A stretch of 64,000 nucleotides of DNA from Torpedo marmorata (Eukaryota): positions 214,644,001 to 214,708,000 of the forward strand of contig OZ360220.1 in NCBI GenBank assembly GCA_977017645.1, in the 5' to 3' direction. The translations under genes and the position numbers were made by a program. Positions 21,461 to 32,760 of the stretch are shown one piece after another. The notes under the pieces are model-generated. The model was not told where the DNA came from, did not search any database, and worked only from the letters and a program-made list of their open reading frames with translations. The first letter of the stretch is position 1; each line of letters starts with the position of its first letter.

Positions 21461-24029
21461 TTCTGCATTATTTTATTCATTCATCAGCCTTCTGATGCTC
21501 CTTGCCCCTTTTTGTACACAGGAGAGGCATCAGAAGGTCTGCCCAATGGCCTCTAACTACATTCTTCAGAGGTTGCCTCTGACTCTAGTTCACATAACAG
21601 GTTGGCTCCCTCTTTTCTCCCCAGCTACCAATCCTGCTCTTGCAGCCTCTGTCCCCACACTTAAAACTCCCAGTTAAAGTCAAGGAATATAGTTGTGAGT
21701 AGAGAGTGGAACTGGTACCCCATTACCTGGTGAATCAATGGATTAATCACCAAGTCAGTCACTGACATTTCAGTGATTGTGTTTGATTGGAAAGATTGAC
21801 AGAGACGAAAGATTAGATGCATGAGATCAGCAGAGGGTGACTTCACTCTAAATTTTACAATGGCCTTCTGAATTTTGTGCTCTGCTGAAACTTGCCATTT
21901 GGCTTCTGCCTTTGGCAGATGTTTTCTGTATACTGCCCACAAACACCCTCCCACTCACCTTCCCACTCCACCACACTCTGCTTTCCTTTCTCATACAGGT
22001 GCAAATTTGGCTTCCCATTTCTGATTTCTACTTTTTTGTCTTAACCAACCCCTGTTATTAAGTGCCACATTCTCACATTCTCTGAATTAAGAAGTTCCTC
22101 CTGAATTCCCCACCAATATATTAGAACCTTTATATTTATGGGCTACTAGTATCGGTCTAGTCTTGAAAATGGAAACATCACTTTGCCTGTCTTTTAATAG
22201 TTTTCTCAGGGGACTTCTTCTCAAGAGAAAGGACCCCAGACTCTTCAAACATCACCCATGGCTTTAATCTTGAAGTACTGGTATCATTATAAGTGTTTAT
22301 GAACCTATTTTTGGTACTCTCTCCAATTTTTACACCTGCTGAGTTTCTCCAGCATTGTGTTTTTACTCGTGGAGACCAGTACTGTCCACAGAACTCAAGA
22401 GGTTAAATATAAGAACTCAAGATCTAGTCATTGGTACAAATAGTGAATAAAGTCAGTATACAATGATTTTGAATTCCTAAGTGAAAACCAAAAAAAAGGA
22501 CAAAAAAACAATCTGCTCAGGGGGTTGAGCAGCATCAGTGGGAGAAAAAAAGAATTGTCAACGTTTCAGGTGAAAAGCCTTCATTGGAAAAGTGCAGCTG
22601 CTGGAAGTCCGCTGAGTGTTTCTATCAGTTCCTGTTTCTATGTTAGAGAAAGCAATAGTCCATCCTCCCCTCTCCACACAATTTCTTATGGCGAATTTAA
22701 AATGCTCCATGAAATAATTGACTGAGAAAGGTACGTATACATTTTAATTTGCCACACCGCCTCCGTTTAACACTGTGATCATGCTGCACCAAGATGGTAT
22801 CAGTGATCACCTGTTAGCATACACTGGATGGATGCCACAAGTTGATCCAACCTGCTCTGAGAACCTGACTCAAATTTAATGGGAGGTACAGAAACACTGA
22901 TCGACACCTGGGTGATGGCAATCCCAGTGGGTTTAGCTCCAAGAACAGTTCCATGCATATTCTCAGTGTGATCTGTGGCAAGTTCCTGCAATGAAATTGA
23001 TACTGAAAGAAATTGTGTTGTGCAAAGGTTTCAAACATGGAAGCTCTTGAATACACTTAGCAGCTCCTATTTTATAAAAAACAGACTTCACTGCAGCTCT
23101 ACCTTCAGATGCACGACTACCAGCATTTGTAGTCCAAGCACAATGGATGGAATTTGAAGACAACAAAGATCCAACAATGAATCATATTGTACAGGGTGCC
23201 ATACAGCCCATCATTCCTGTGTTTGCCCTTTAAGAGAGTTATCTAATTAGTTCTATTCCCATCCACTTTTGTCATGACTTCAGTCATTATTTTCTGACAA
23301 TATTTATTCAATTTTCTTTTGGAAGTCCTTATGAAATCTGTTTCTCCTGCCTTTTTAGGAGCTTATTCACAACAACTCATCCAATTTATTTAAAAAAATC
23401 TCCTCATCTCCCTTCAGATTCTTTGCCAAAAGTTTTACATTTATTGCCTCTGGTTATTGGCATTCCTGCCACTCATTACATTTTTTCTATCAATTTTGAG
23501 CCTGTACATTAACTCTCTCCTCAGTGACTCTGCTGCAAGCAATTCACTACCCAGGAGACACAGTCACTGTGTATACTCTGAGCTTGTGATGCATTTTCAG
23601 ATGCTAATGGAATCAAGAGATATGGAGTCAGTGCATGAATATGGTGCTGAGGTAAAAAATTCATCTGTCATCTCATTGAATGACAGAGAGATATGAGGGG
23701 CCAAATGGCCTTTTTGTGCTTCAACCTCTTAGCTCCAAACTCCCCAAGTTTCTCCAATCTCTTTCCATTCATGGTGTGAATAATTTTCCTTCCGCTTTAC
23801 CTCAAAGAAAGCGTTGGGGCTTGTGTGTAGGTCACCCACAGTTCAAAGTGTGACAGCATCACTGTTCTTATCCTCGGCCTCTATTGCTACCATAGAAAGT
23901 TCAGCTAGGAAATTGTTCTTGAACCTTTCCCTGAGGATCATGCTGTGCAGTGTTGCCTGTCTGGAAAGCAAATTTCTTCTAAAACTACTCAATTTTAATT
24001 AGTATATCCTGTTTTTAAGAGGTTGTGAT

Positions 24030-24410
24030 CACCCTGGTATCAACATTTTCTCACTGCTACCTTCAGGAAGAAGATACATAAGCCTGAAGTCAAGCACCTC
24101 TCGGTTCAAGAGCAGTTTATTTCCAATGGCTATCAGGCTCTTGAACCTCCCCACATCATCCTGACAAGAAGTTTGGATGAAGTCCCAGGCAGCACAAAAA
24201 GACAAAAAGACCTCTCTGCATTATTGAAATACAACTTTTTGTCTTCCACCACTGTCACTGTGAATATTTATTATCTATCAATATTTTATGTTTATTATCT
24301 CTTTCTATACGGTAATTTAATGTATACTATTGGAGTTTTTAAATGCAAAGTACCTGTTTAGCTGCAGGAAGTAAGAATTTTGGTGTATGACTAATAAACT
24401 CATTATCATT
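24030..24410 (+). mobile_element. Rex1 3' end
   Basis: Collinear with 16480-16850 (CACCCTGG...CTGCTACCTTCAGG.AGAAG.TAC..AAGCCT.AAGTC; GTAAGAATTT...AATAAAC). Confidence 0.8.
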
Positions 24411-25523
24411 AATACTTTATGAAATAGAGGACAGTTGGCTATCAAGCTCCATGGTGATTGCTATGAATTGCTTACTATGAAGAATTCACGATGAAAAGTT
24501 CCAATAGACAGTGCGAGCTAATGCAATCCAAACTTTTGTTATGACAGTTTTCTCCGTTGCAATGTTTGCTCCTCTGCTCTGATTTCTAACCTCCCTGAAC
24601 CTACCTTCTCAATTCTTCAGATGGAATTGATGATAAGTAAAATTTTTGTCAAAGAGTTTTATTTCACTACTTTCAGATCTTAGTACAAGCAGAGAAACAG
24701 TTACATTTCTTAAATTGTTCTTGTAAACTGAAGAATGCCGAAGATTTGATTTAATCATTTATAGAAAAGTTGCTGATCAGAGTATCATTTTGTACAGGTG
24801 GACTAGTTTGAAGCTAGATGACATGATATTCAAATACAAGCCCAGCCATTTGAGGAAGAGGCTGGGAAAAGCTTCCATGCAAAGTATGCTTCTTGTGTGT
24901 GGAACACTCTCCAGTTAAATCCAGTTTTAATTTAAGATTGGATTTTGACAGTTTTTTTGCTGGTATTGTGGAGCTGGATAGACGGAGTTGAAATCCAAAT
25001 GAACAGTGGTCACATTGAATTGCAGAATGGCTTCAAGGGGCTTAAAGGCCTTGGCTCTACAGTGTAATCCTGCAAATGGTTCAGTGTGTGTTGTAAATAC
25101 CGCATGAAAATAATCATGTTTAAACTAATTGAGAAGTGGGGAAAGGCAAGTGAGAAGTAAGGAAGCAGATCATATAGTAGCCTTTTAATTAAGCAGGAGA
25201 GGTTTTTTCCAATGCTGGATGTTAATATTGGATTCAGAAATGTTTCTTGTACATTTGGAGTGAATGGCAGTGGGCAATTTTTCTGCCATTCAGAGTGGTC
25301 AAATTGTAGGTTTTTAAAGTTGGTATGCCATTGCAAGAGTTGAATAGACTGTTTTATTCAGCAGTGCTGAATGTCACTGACATTTAATTACTCCATCCGC
25401 CTCAAGTTTCACTCTGATGTGGTGTAGCTCTTAGTTCAAAGAACTCCAAAGATTAACCTGAGGGTTTAATGCTGAGAGGAAGGGAGGTTTCAAATGTTCC
25501 AACACCTCATTGAGACCCTAGAT

Positions 25524-25706
25524 CAGGGGTGGCCAACATTTTAATTTTTAATTTAGACATAAAGCATGGTAACAGGCCATTTCGGCCCACGAGTACGTAC
25601 CGGGGGTGTATGTTAATTGGGCGGCACTAACCCGTGGGCCGAAATGGCCTGTTACCATGCTGTATGCCTAAATTAAAAATTTAAATTTTAAAGGTTGGCC
25701 ACCCTG
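25524..25706. mobile_element. hAT/Charlie-type MITE whose interior is two inverted V-SINE 3' tails
   Basis: TIRs CAGGGGTGGCCAAC / GTTGGCCACCCTG; 8-bp TSD CCCTAGAT (25516-25523) / GCCTAGAT (25707-25714); ~50-bp inner inverted arms match the V-SINE tail. Confidence 0.85.
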
Positions 25707-26357
25707 GCCTAGATGAAGGGACTTGGAGGAAAATCTATTTTTATTTCTTGTCAGATTTCAGTGATAGATCTGACAAGGAAATTGCTGATTAAAAGGTGTT
25801 CTGTGCAAGGTATCACTCCAGCCTCCCGAGGACCATTGTACTTCTCATATCCAAGACACTGAAATTGATGTGATAGAATGAATAACAACACACACCCTTG
25901 TAAAGTTAGTTTATTTCAATTATTTTTCATTTTATTGGAGATGATGGATAAATCAGTGGATAAGGAACTCTCAAGAATTATGATGAAGACAAGAGGGTGT
26001 GAAAGTGTGAAAGTCAGCAATGAGTTCTCAAAGAATCATGATGCTTCTTAGTTTTATATTGGACACCATGTAAACTAAAGCTGACATTCACTTAGTGACA
26101 TTGGGATTAAATGTGGTAAACTGTTCAGCCTATTGACTGTATGGCAGTTCCTTGACCGAGGTCTCCAATTAGACATGTATTTTTTTTTTTTACTTTTCAA
26201 GTATTTACCCTTTTCCCTTCAGATAGTTACTGATGAAATTCCCTAAATCAAAATGTGCATTTGAAAGAATATATTTCAAGTTAGATGTTGAGGCAAATTA
26301 CTGTTAGTGATATAAAAGGAAAGCAGTCTTGCAGTCCCACTGAGGGATTTTGGGTAC

Positions 26358-26597
26358 CTGTCGATGGAGTCAGACACCAGTTTATTGAGCGAGGAACAGG
26401 AGACTGACATTTCGTTTTCCGATAGCTCTGGTTGCTTTTCCCCTGATGATCTCAGCATTGATACCTCTGTAGAATTGGAGATTTGCTGTCTGACCCTTGC
26501 TCCATCCCTGAATTTTGGGGTCTGCAACTGTTTGTAGGACAGTGAACCTTTACTCTGAGTGCTCTGTGTCCCAAACACATTCAAGATTGCTTCATAT
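26358..26597 (-). CDS. Candidate 240-nt symmetric exon, protein not recognised
   Basis: Acceptor ttcctgacatctcacAG, donor CAG|gtaccc; open frame (R)YEAILNVFGTQ...SLNKLVSDSID(R); sequence not recognised as a repeat. No homology recognised. Confidence 0.25.
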
Positions 26598-26969
26598 CTG
26601 TGAGATGTCAGGAATCCCCTTAAATCAATTTGCATAATCATAAACATGAAACCTTCTTCCATGACCTGATGCAGTCAGCGCTGTCACTGTCATGAGACAT
26701 GAATTGTCGTTCCTTTCTGTTTGTGGATTCTTCTTGAAATATTTAAGAGTAATAACCTGGAATGGGTTTATTGGCACGAAGTTTTGATCAAGTCCCCAGT
26801 CGTCCACCTGTGGGGAAACTGATTTCAAGATCCTTCCTTAAACATGACTCGAACACACTTAGTCAATTATTTAAAAAAACAATTAGGGAGCATTAGCCAA
26901 TTTCTTAATTTAACATCATTGAATATGAAATACCTTTTAGAGATGTCAGAGTCGGAGAAATGGAGCAGA

Positions 26970-27770
26970 GAGCCAGGACTGAGAGGCCACACTGTCAGAG
27001 AGGCAGGACTAAGAGAGGGCCACACTGTCAGAGAGGCAGGACTGAGAGGTGCCACACTGTCAGAGAGGCAGGACTGAGAGAGGCCACACTGTCAGAGAGC
27101 AGGACTGAGGGGCCACACTCTCATTGTTTGGATGATATTTTAAACAAAAGCCCTCTCCCAAACCATCCCCTGGGGTAAATATTTATCCCTCAATCAACAT
27201 GACCCATACAGGCTGTGGGCTGCTGGACACTGGCTCATCTGAACCAGTTATCGGAACTGGGATTCAAGAGGGTGCTGAGGGCAAGAAGGGCTCCCGGAGG
27301 ACCTCAAGCGCTGAGGACTTCCTGATCGTTTCAGAGGTTTGGACCTGGAGCTCGGGTTGTCAATGGATCGAACAGGGGTCTGTGTGGCTGCAGAGGCTGT
27401 GTGTGTGCCGGAGGCGAAACCACTGACATTCAGTGACTCTGAAGGGACTCTCTTTTGCTTCAGTTTCTCTTACTGTAAGGGGCGCCGGGCAATGCTAATA
27501 GTGACTTTATTTGTAATATTACAGTTTCTGTATTATTACATGACAATAAAAGGAATCTTGAATCTTAAAAAAGTATTACCTGTTGATTGTAAAGTGTGTG
27601 TGGGTGTGTGTGAGTGTGCACGTGTGCTTGTATGCATGTGCCTGCGCATATATATGCATATGTGTGCAAATTATTTGTTGTTTTATCTACATTACAACAG
27701 TAACTACATTTTAAATTGTCTGCAAACCACATTTAGGACATCCTGAAGCTTTGAAAAGCTCTTTATAAAC
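26970..27770 (+). mobile_element. SacSINE1-like DeuSINE with tandemly amplified internal unit, interrupted at 27201-27566
   Basis: About 5 copies of a 30-33-bp CAGGACTGAGAGGCCACACTGTCAGAGAGG unit, then GGATGATATTTTAAAC, ATATTTATCCCTCAATCAACAT and, after the insert, CTACATTACAACAGTAACTAC...GGACATCCTGA; collinear with 57255-57690. Confidence 0.75.
27201..27566 (+). mobile_element. Non-autonomous retroposon 3' portion with Rex1-type tail
   Basis: Interrupts the DeuSINE; ends TTACATGACAATAAAAG(GAATCTT)2; its last ~100 nt align with the body and tail of the 5S SINEs. Confidence 0.65.
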
Positions 27771-28869
27771 AAGCCTTTAGTATTTATGAGTCAGGACGAT
27801 TCAGCAGCCTTCTGCCCTCATTTGTGGTGTTCCCTGATACAAACACTCATTTGGATGCAGGCAACTGTCCCAACGGGGCATCCACCACGTTTTTATCTCA
27901 CATCCCATTTTGCTGAGATTTCACAGTGAGGTTGTTATTGGGATCAGGTTCTGATTACCTTCAGAACAAAATGGTATTAAACTTAACTTTAATGTGTTGT
28001 GGCTTTATCTCCCACGAAGAATTGTTATTTAGTCTGAAACGATCAAATGGATAACCTGGGCACAATATCAACTGGAGCAGAATTTGATATTTAAAGAATA
28101 AGCTCATAGTCCTAACCTTCATCTCTCCTGTAATTTAAGTCTTTCAGTCCGAGTATCATTCTCGTGAACCTGCATTGCATAAACTCCAAGGCCAACATGT
28201 TGCTGAAGACATTGTTCATTCCTTTGAACATCGATGTTAATGAACACACACCAGTATTCTGGAGCAGTGTTTCCACTTGGGACAATGGCACAAATCAGGT
28301 GGGATCAACCAAATCAGCACCAATAATCAGGGAGTGTCAAGGATAGTTTAATTATGCCCAGAGAATGGCAGCTCTTGTGTTCCATTCCCTTTCACACCCT
28401 GGTTGAAGACTCAACCTGTCTGGCTCAGGCTTGAACTCTGCTGACCTCAGTCAGGTAAAAATTTCACAGTCTAACCCTACTCTAACTTTTACCCTCACTT
28501 TTTCCAGAGGTAGTGAGGAGGCAGAATGAGGAAATTCAAGGTTGGAAGATTACTAAGGAAAAGGAGAAAACAAAAGCTGTGAGGTTGTAGGTAGAGTCTG
28601 AAAGCATTGGATCAGTTGTCACATCTGGTGTTACACTTCTTGCCATATCAGGCATGTAATTGCAACAACATGTACTAACTCTGCTAACACACACATAGTA
28701 GATTAACATTTATGCTATGCAGGACAGTGGATTTGCTATCAATTTCCTGCCTGGAGTGATGTGTGGCAAGGAAGCCCATTTGCTTGTGGTTTAATTTATC
28801 TTTGGAGTGATTTGGGATTGACTTAATGGAGTAAAAGTGAGAAGGGATTGGACAGTTAGTTAATTAAAA

Positions 28870-29470
28870 TGGGAAGAATCCTTGATATTGAGTTTAAAAA
28901 TTGGGAAGACAGGTTGCAACTGTATAAAACTTTGTTCGGCCTCATTTGGAGTATTGTGTATAGTTCTACTCACTACATTACAGGAAGGATATGGAGGCTT
29001 TGGAGAGAGTGCAGAAGTTGTTCACCAATATCTGTATTACCTGGATTGGAGTGTATGAGCTATTAAAAGAGGATGGACAAACTTGGATTTTCTCTGGAGT
29101 GTCGGAGGCTGAGGGGGAGACCTGAAAGGAGTATATAAAATTGTGAAAGGCATAGATAGGGTATATCATCAGAGTTCGTTTTTCAGCATGAAAATATAAA
29201 ATACCAGAGGGCATGAGTTTAAGGTGAGAGGGGGAAAGTTTAAAAGAGTTTTACAAGGCAAATCTTTGGACACAGAAGATAAGGTGCTGGAACATACTGT
29301 TAGGGGCTGTAGAAACAGGTACAATAGCAGCATTTACGAGGTATTTAAATAGGCAGTGAATAGAGGGATATGGACCATGTGCAGGCAGATGGTAATAGTT
29401 TAATTTGATAAAAAGTTTGGCGTAGACATAGTTTGCTGAAGGCTGGTTCCTGTGCTGTTCTATGTTCTAT
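28870..29470 (+). mobile_element. CR1/HER1 3' fragment
   Basis: LQLYKTL, GGAGTATTGTGT, GGCTGAGGGGGAGACCTGA; tail CCTGTGCTGTTCTATGTTCTATG. Confidence 0.82.
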
Positions 29471-30119
29471 GGTGCTCTGCTGCTGCAGGTTGGTGCTGGA
29501 TCCTGTTGTGATAAATTGCCGGGTAAAGCTGCGGCCATATCTTTGAGAGAAATGGCCAGGATCACAAAGTTACGCTAGTGCTATCCTGTCATTATTTCTG
29601 GAAGCCTAAGCTGCCAGTTATGCTTTTTGTTCTTGAGTTGTGATGCGGTTGTACCAGTTAGAGGGTGCTTCTTTAAATTATTTTTTTGGGAACAGCATCG
29701 CCAGTAAATCCAGCATTTATAGATCATCACTAATTTCCCTTCGGAAGGTGGCAGTGAATCACCATCTTGAACCACTGCTGTCCATTTGGTGGAGGTGTTT
29801 CCAAAGTGTTGTTGGCAACGGAGCTTCAGGATTAGATCCAGCAATAATGAAGGAATGATGTTGTATTTTCAAATGTGAAGGCTGTGCAACTCAGAGGGGA
29901 ATCTGTAGGTGATGTTCTCATTCCTCTTCAGTGGCAGAGGCCATGTGTTTGGGAGGTGCTGTTGGAATAGACTGGGTGAGAAATTGCACTTTTGTTTTTC
30001 TGCCGCAGACTAGAGTGACTACATGCTGATAGTGGAAGAAGTGAACATCCCCATGTTGAACTTTATTATGGAAGGAAGGTCATTTATGAAGGTGGTTGGG
30101 CACAGGATACCTCTAGAGA

Positions 30120-30400
30120 GTCAAAGAGTTTAATAGCATAGAAACAGGCCCTTCAGCCCATCTTATCCATGTCTACCAAATTGCCGACTCAAGTTCGTTT
30201 AACTTTCCTGCCCATTTCCTTCTAAACCTTTACTATCCAGGTATCTGTTTAAATGTTACAAGTGTACCTGCCTCTATCACTTCCTCTGGCAGTTCGTTCT
30301 GCATTCCAGTGAAACATTTGCCCATCACGTTCCTTTTAAATTTTTTCCCTCTCACCTTAAATCTATGCCCCCTAGTTTTAGATTCCCTATCCTCGCAAAC
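30120..30400 (-). mobile_element. HER1 3' end, followed by an older LINE remnant to ~31230
   Basis: KTRGHRFKVRGKKFK...NELPEEVIEAGT; tail AACAGGCCCTTCAGCCC on the plus strand. Confidence 0.75.
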
Positions 30401-32395
30401 ATTTGCAGTGATTTCATGAGGCTGGGATGATTGATCCCTGACATCCACAACTTTGAGTGAAGTCTGACTCCATTCATTAGGGAGGTTTCTCTTTAATGCT
30501 GTTGACCTCAGTTTTACCAGGGCTCCTTGCTGCCAAACACTGCCTTGATGTCGTCCCGTCAGTCTCACCTCCCCTCTGGACTTTAGCTCAAGACTGTAAT
30601 GAGGTCTGAAGCCGAGTGGTCCTGCAAAACTCAAACTGGGCATTGATGGGAAGGTTATTGGTGAGTAGATTTCATCTGATACGACTGCTGATGACAGCTT
30701 CCATTGCTTTACTGATGACTGTGAGTAAAGTGATTTGATGGTAATTAGCCAGATTGGAATTACCGTATGTGGGATATTTTGTACATTTTTGGGTAAATAC
30801 GACTGTACTCACAGATTGCAAGGCTAGTTTGGAGTGCAAATCATTCATAGTACAGGTTGGTTGTTGTCTGTTGCTATCACCTTTGCTTTTAGCTGTTTCT
30901 GATATAACGTGTAGTGAATAGGCTGGACCCTAGCTTCTGAGATGACAGGGATCGCAGGAGAAAGCTGAGATGGAGTACAGTAAATTGCATTTCATGGACT
31001 GTGCCAATAGCTGATGGCATTTCCAATGGTTTTCCCAATTATGCTGTCTGTTGACATGTTTTTTGTTATACAACCCTGAGGTCCTGGATTTGGATCAGGT
31101 GGGATCGAATCCCTTGCCTCACTCCAGAGACTGGAACTGTTTAGCTTGTTTGGTGCTTTTAGGCTTGCATTTGTGTCACATCGTTCACATTCTTGGGTCT
31201 TCCTAAAGAGTGTCTTCATCAATTACGGTAAGTAGTTTGTAATTGTAGTCATTACGGTGATAGAAGATACAAGTCATGAGAAACAGTGGCAGTTTATGCT
31301 CATCAAGTTCCCACAAACTGCATTATGACACTGACCAGATAAACTCTTTACAATTGCATTGGTTGTACTGTTCAACATTGGCATAAAGTGCAATGGTGAA
31401 CCCATCCCTTCTTTCATTGCTTTTTTTCACTTTTATAATTGAATTCCCAAATCTTTCCCTTCTCCTTGTTCAGGTCAGTATCTTTTCCGACTGATAATTA
31501 AACTGTTACTTCAGTTTGGCATGAATAAGTTGCAATAGACCTGTAATTCTTACATTTTGTTCATTTGCTTAAGCTATGTTGCGCAGATGACGTCCTGAAA
31601 AGTATTAAAGTAGGATAGATTCAGGAGTTGGATTTAAACACTGAATATCTTTTATATCCCGACCTCACTCAGAACTGAAAGAAATCAACACAGGACTTGA
31701 ATGTTTTAGTTGAGTGCAGTGCTTAAACTTGCTTCCCAGAAGGCAAAAGTACAAAATATTAGAATGTATTGATGCACATGTCTGTGATTGTGACAGAATG
31801 AGAGTGCTGCTATGTAACAACAGACAGGCAGTGATAATGAACACACGAGTAATCCAAGCTGTTGGAGAAAATGCTTCAACCTTCAACCGGGGAAGAGAAG
31901 AGCCAGTAATAGCAATAAACCTGAAGGGGGGTGGGGGGGGGGGCGGGGTGATGTGGGAGCACGTGTGTATCCATGCATTTGTGTGCATTTGTGCAGATAA
32001 AGTTTGAGTCGTGTAGGTGGTCACATTAGTTGCTGCAGTCCACGCACTGCAGTGGGCCATGTTTATGAGCTGTGATTTTTCTAGCCTTTGGACTCCTTTG
32101 GAATATCAGCTTAACAGGAAATGAGGTCATGAGTGATGATTTCATTGTGGAGACTGCTTGGACACAATGCATAAATACTCTCCTGCCACAAGATGTTTAA
32201 AACTAATTTTATGTAAATTTATTTATGTTCCCATTATAAAATGATTAATCACTACTAACGCTCAGAGTATGCACATTTGAGACTAAGACATATGCTGTTA
32301 TTTTAACTGTGTCACTGTTCACAACAGTTCAAAGGTATATCATTGATCTTCGGAGTACTGACTGAGATAATGGGTGCTGAATAGCATGTAATCAT

Positions 32396-32560
32396 NNNNN
32401 NNNNNNNNNNNNNNNNNNNNNNNNNNNNNNNNNNNNNNNNNNNNNNNNNNNNNNNNNNNNNNNNNNNNNNNNNNNNNNNNNNNNNNNNNNNNNNNNNNNN
32501 NNNNNNNNNNNNNNNNNNNNNNNNNNNNNNNNNNNNNNNNNNNNNNNNNNNNNNNNNNNN
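32396..32560. other. Assembly gap (165 N)
   Basis: Run of N. Confidence 1.
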
Positions 32561-32760
32561 AATCCCTGTCCCTTTTGTTATGAGTAGCTTTGTGTTTTGT
32601 GTCACACATGGAAAATGTGCTCCTGATCTCATTTCCTCTTGCAGCTTACATTACAAGCTAGAAATTTAGGCCCACTGCAAAGGCAGGCAAAATGCAACCA
32701 AATTCACTCAAAGTGCAGAGAGTTCTGATTGAGAAGTGGAAGGTGGTTCACATAGAACTA

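Noticed and set aside
17970-21677. RE/SL-rich ORFs (also 40062-40522)
   Set aside because: Translations of (CT)n/(GA)n microsatellites.
31665-32060. 131-aa minus-strand ORF as an exon
   Set aside because: Includes a poly-C run and CA-rich sequence; no convincing donor or recognisable homology.
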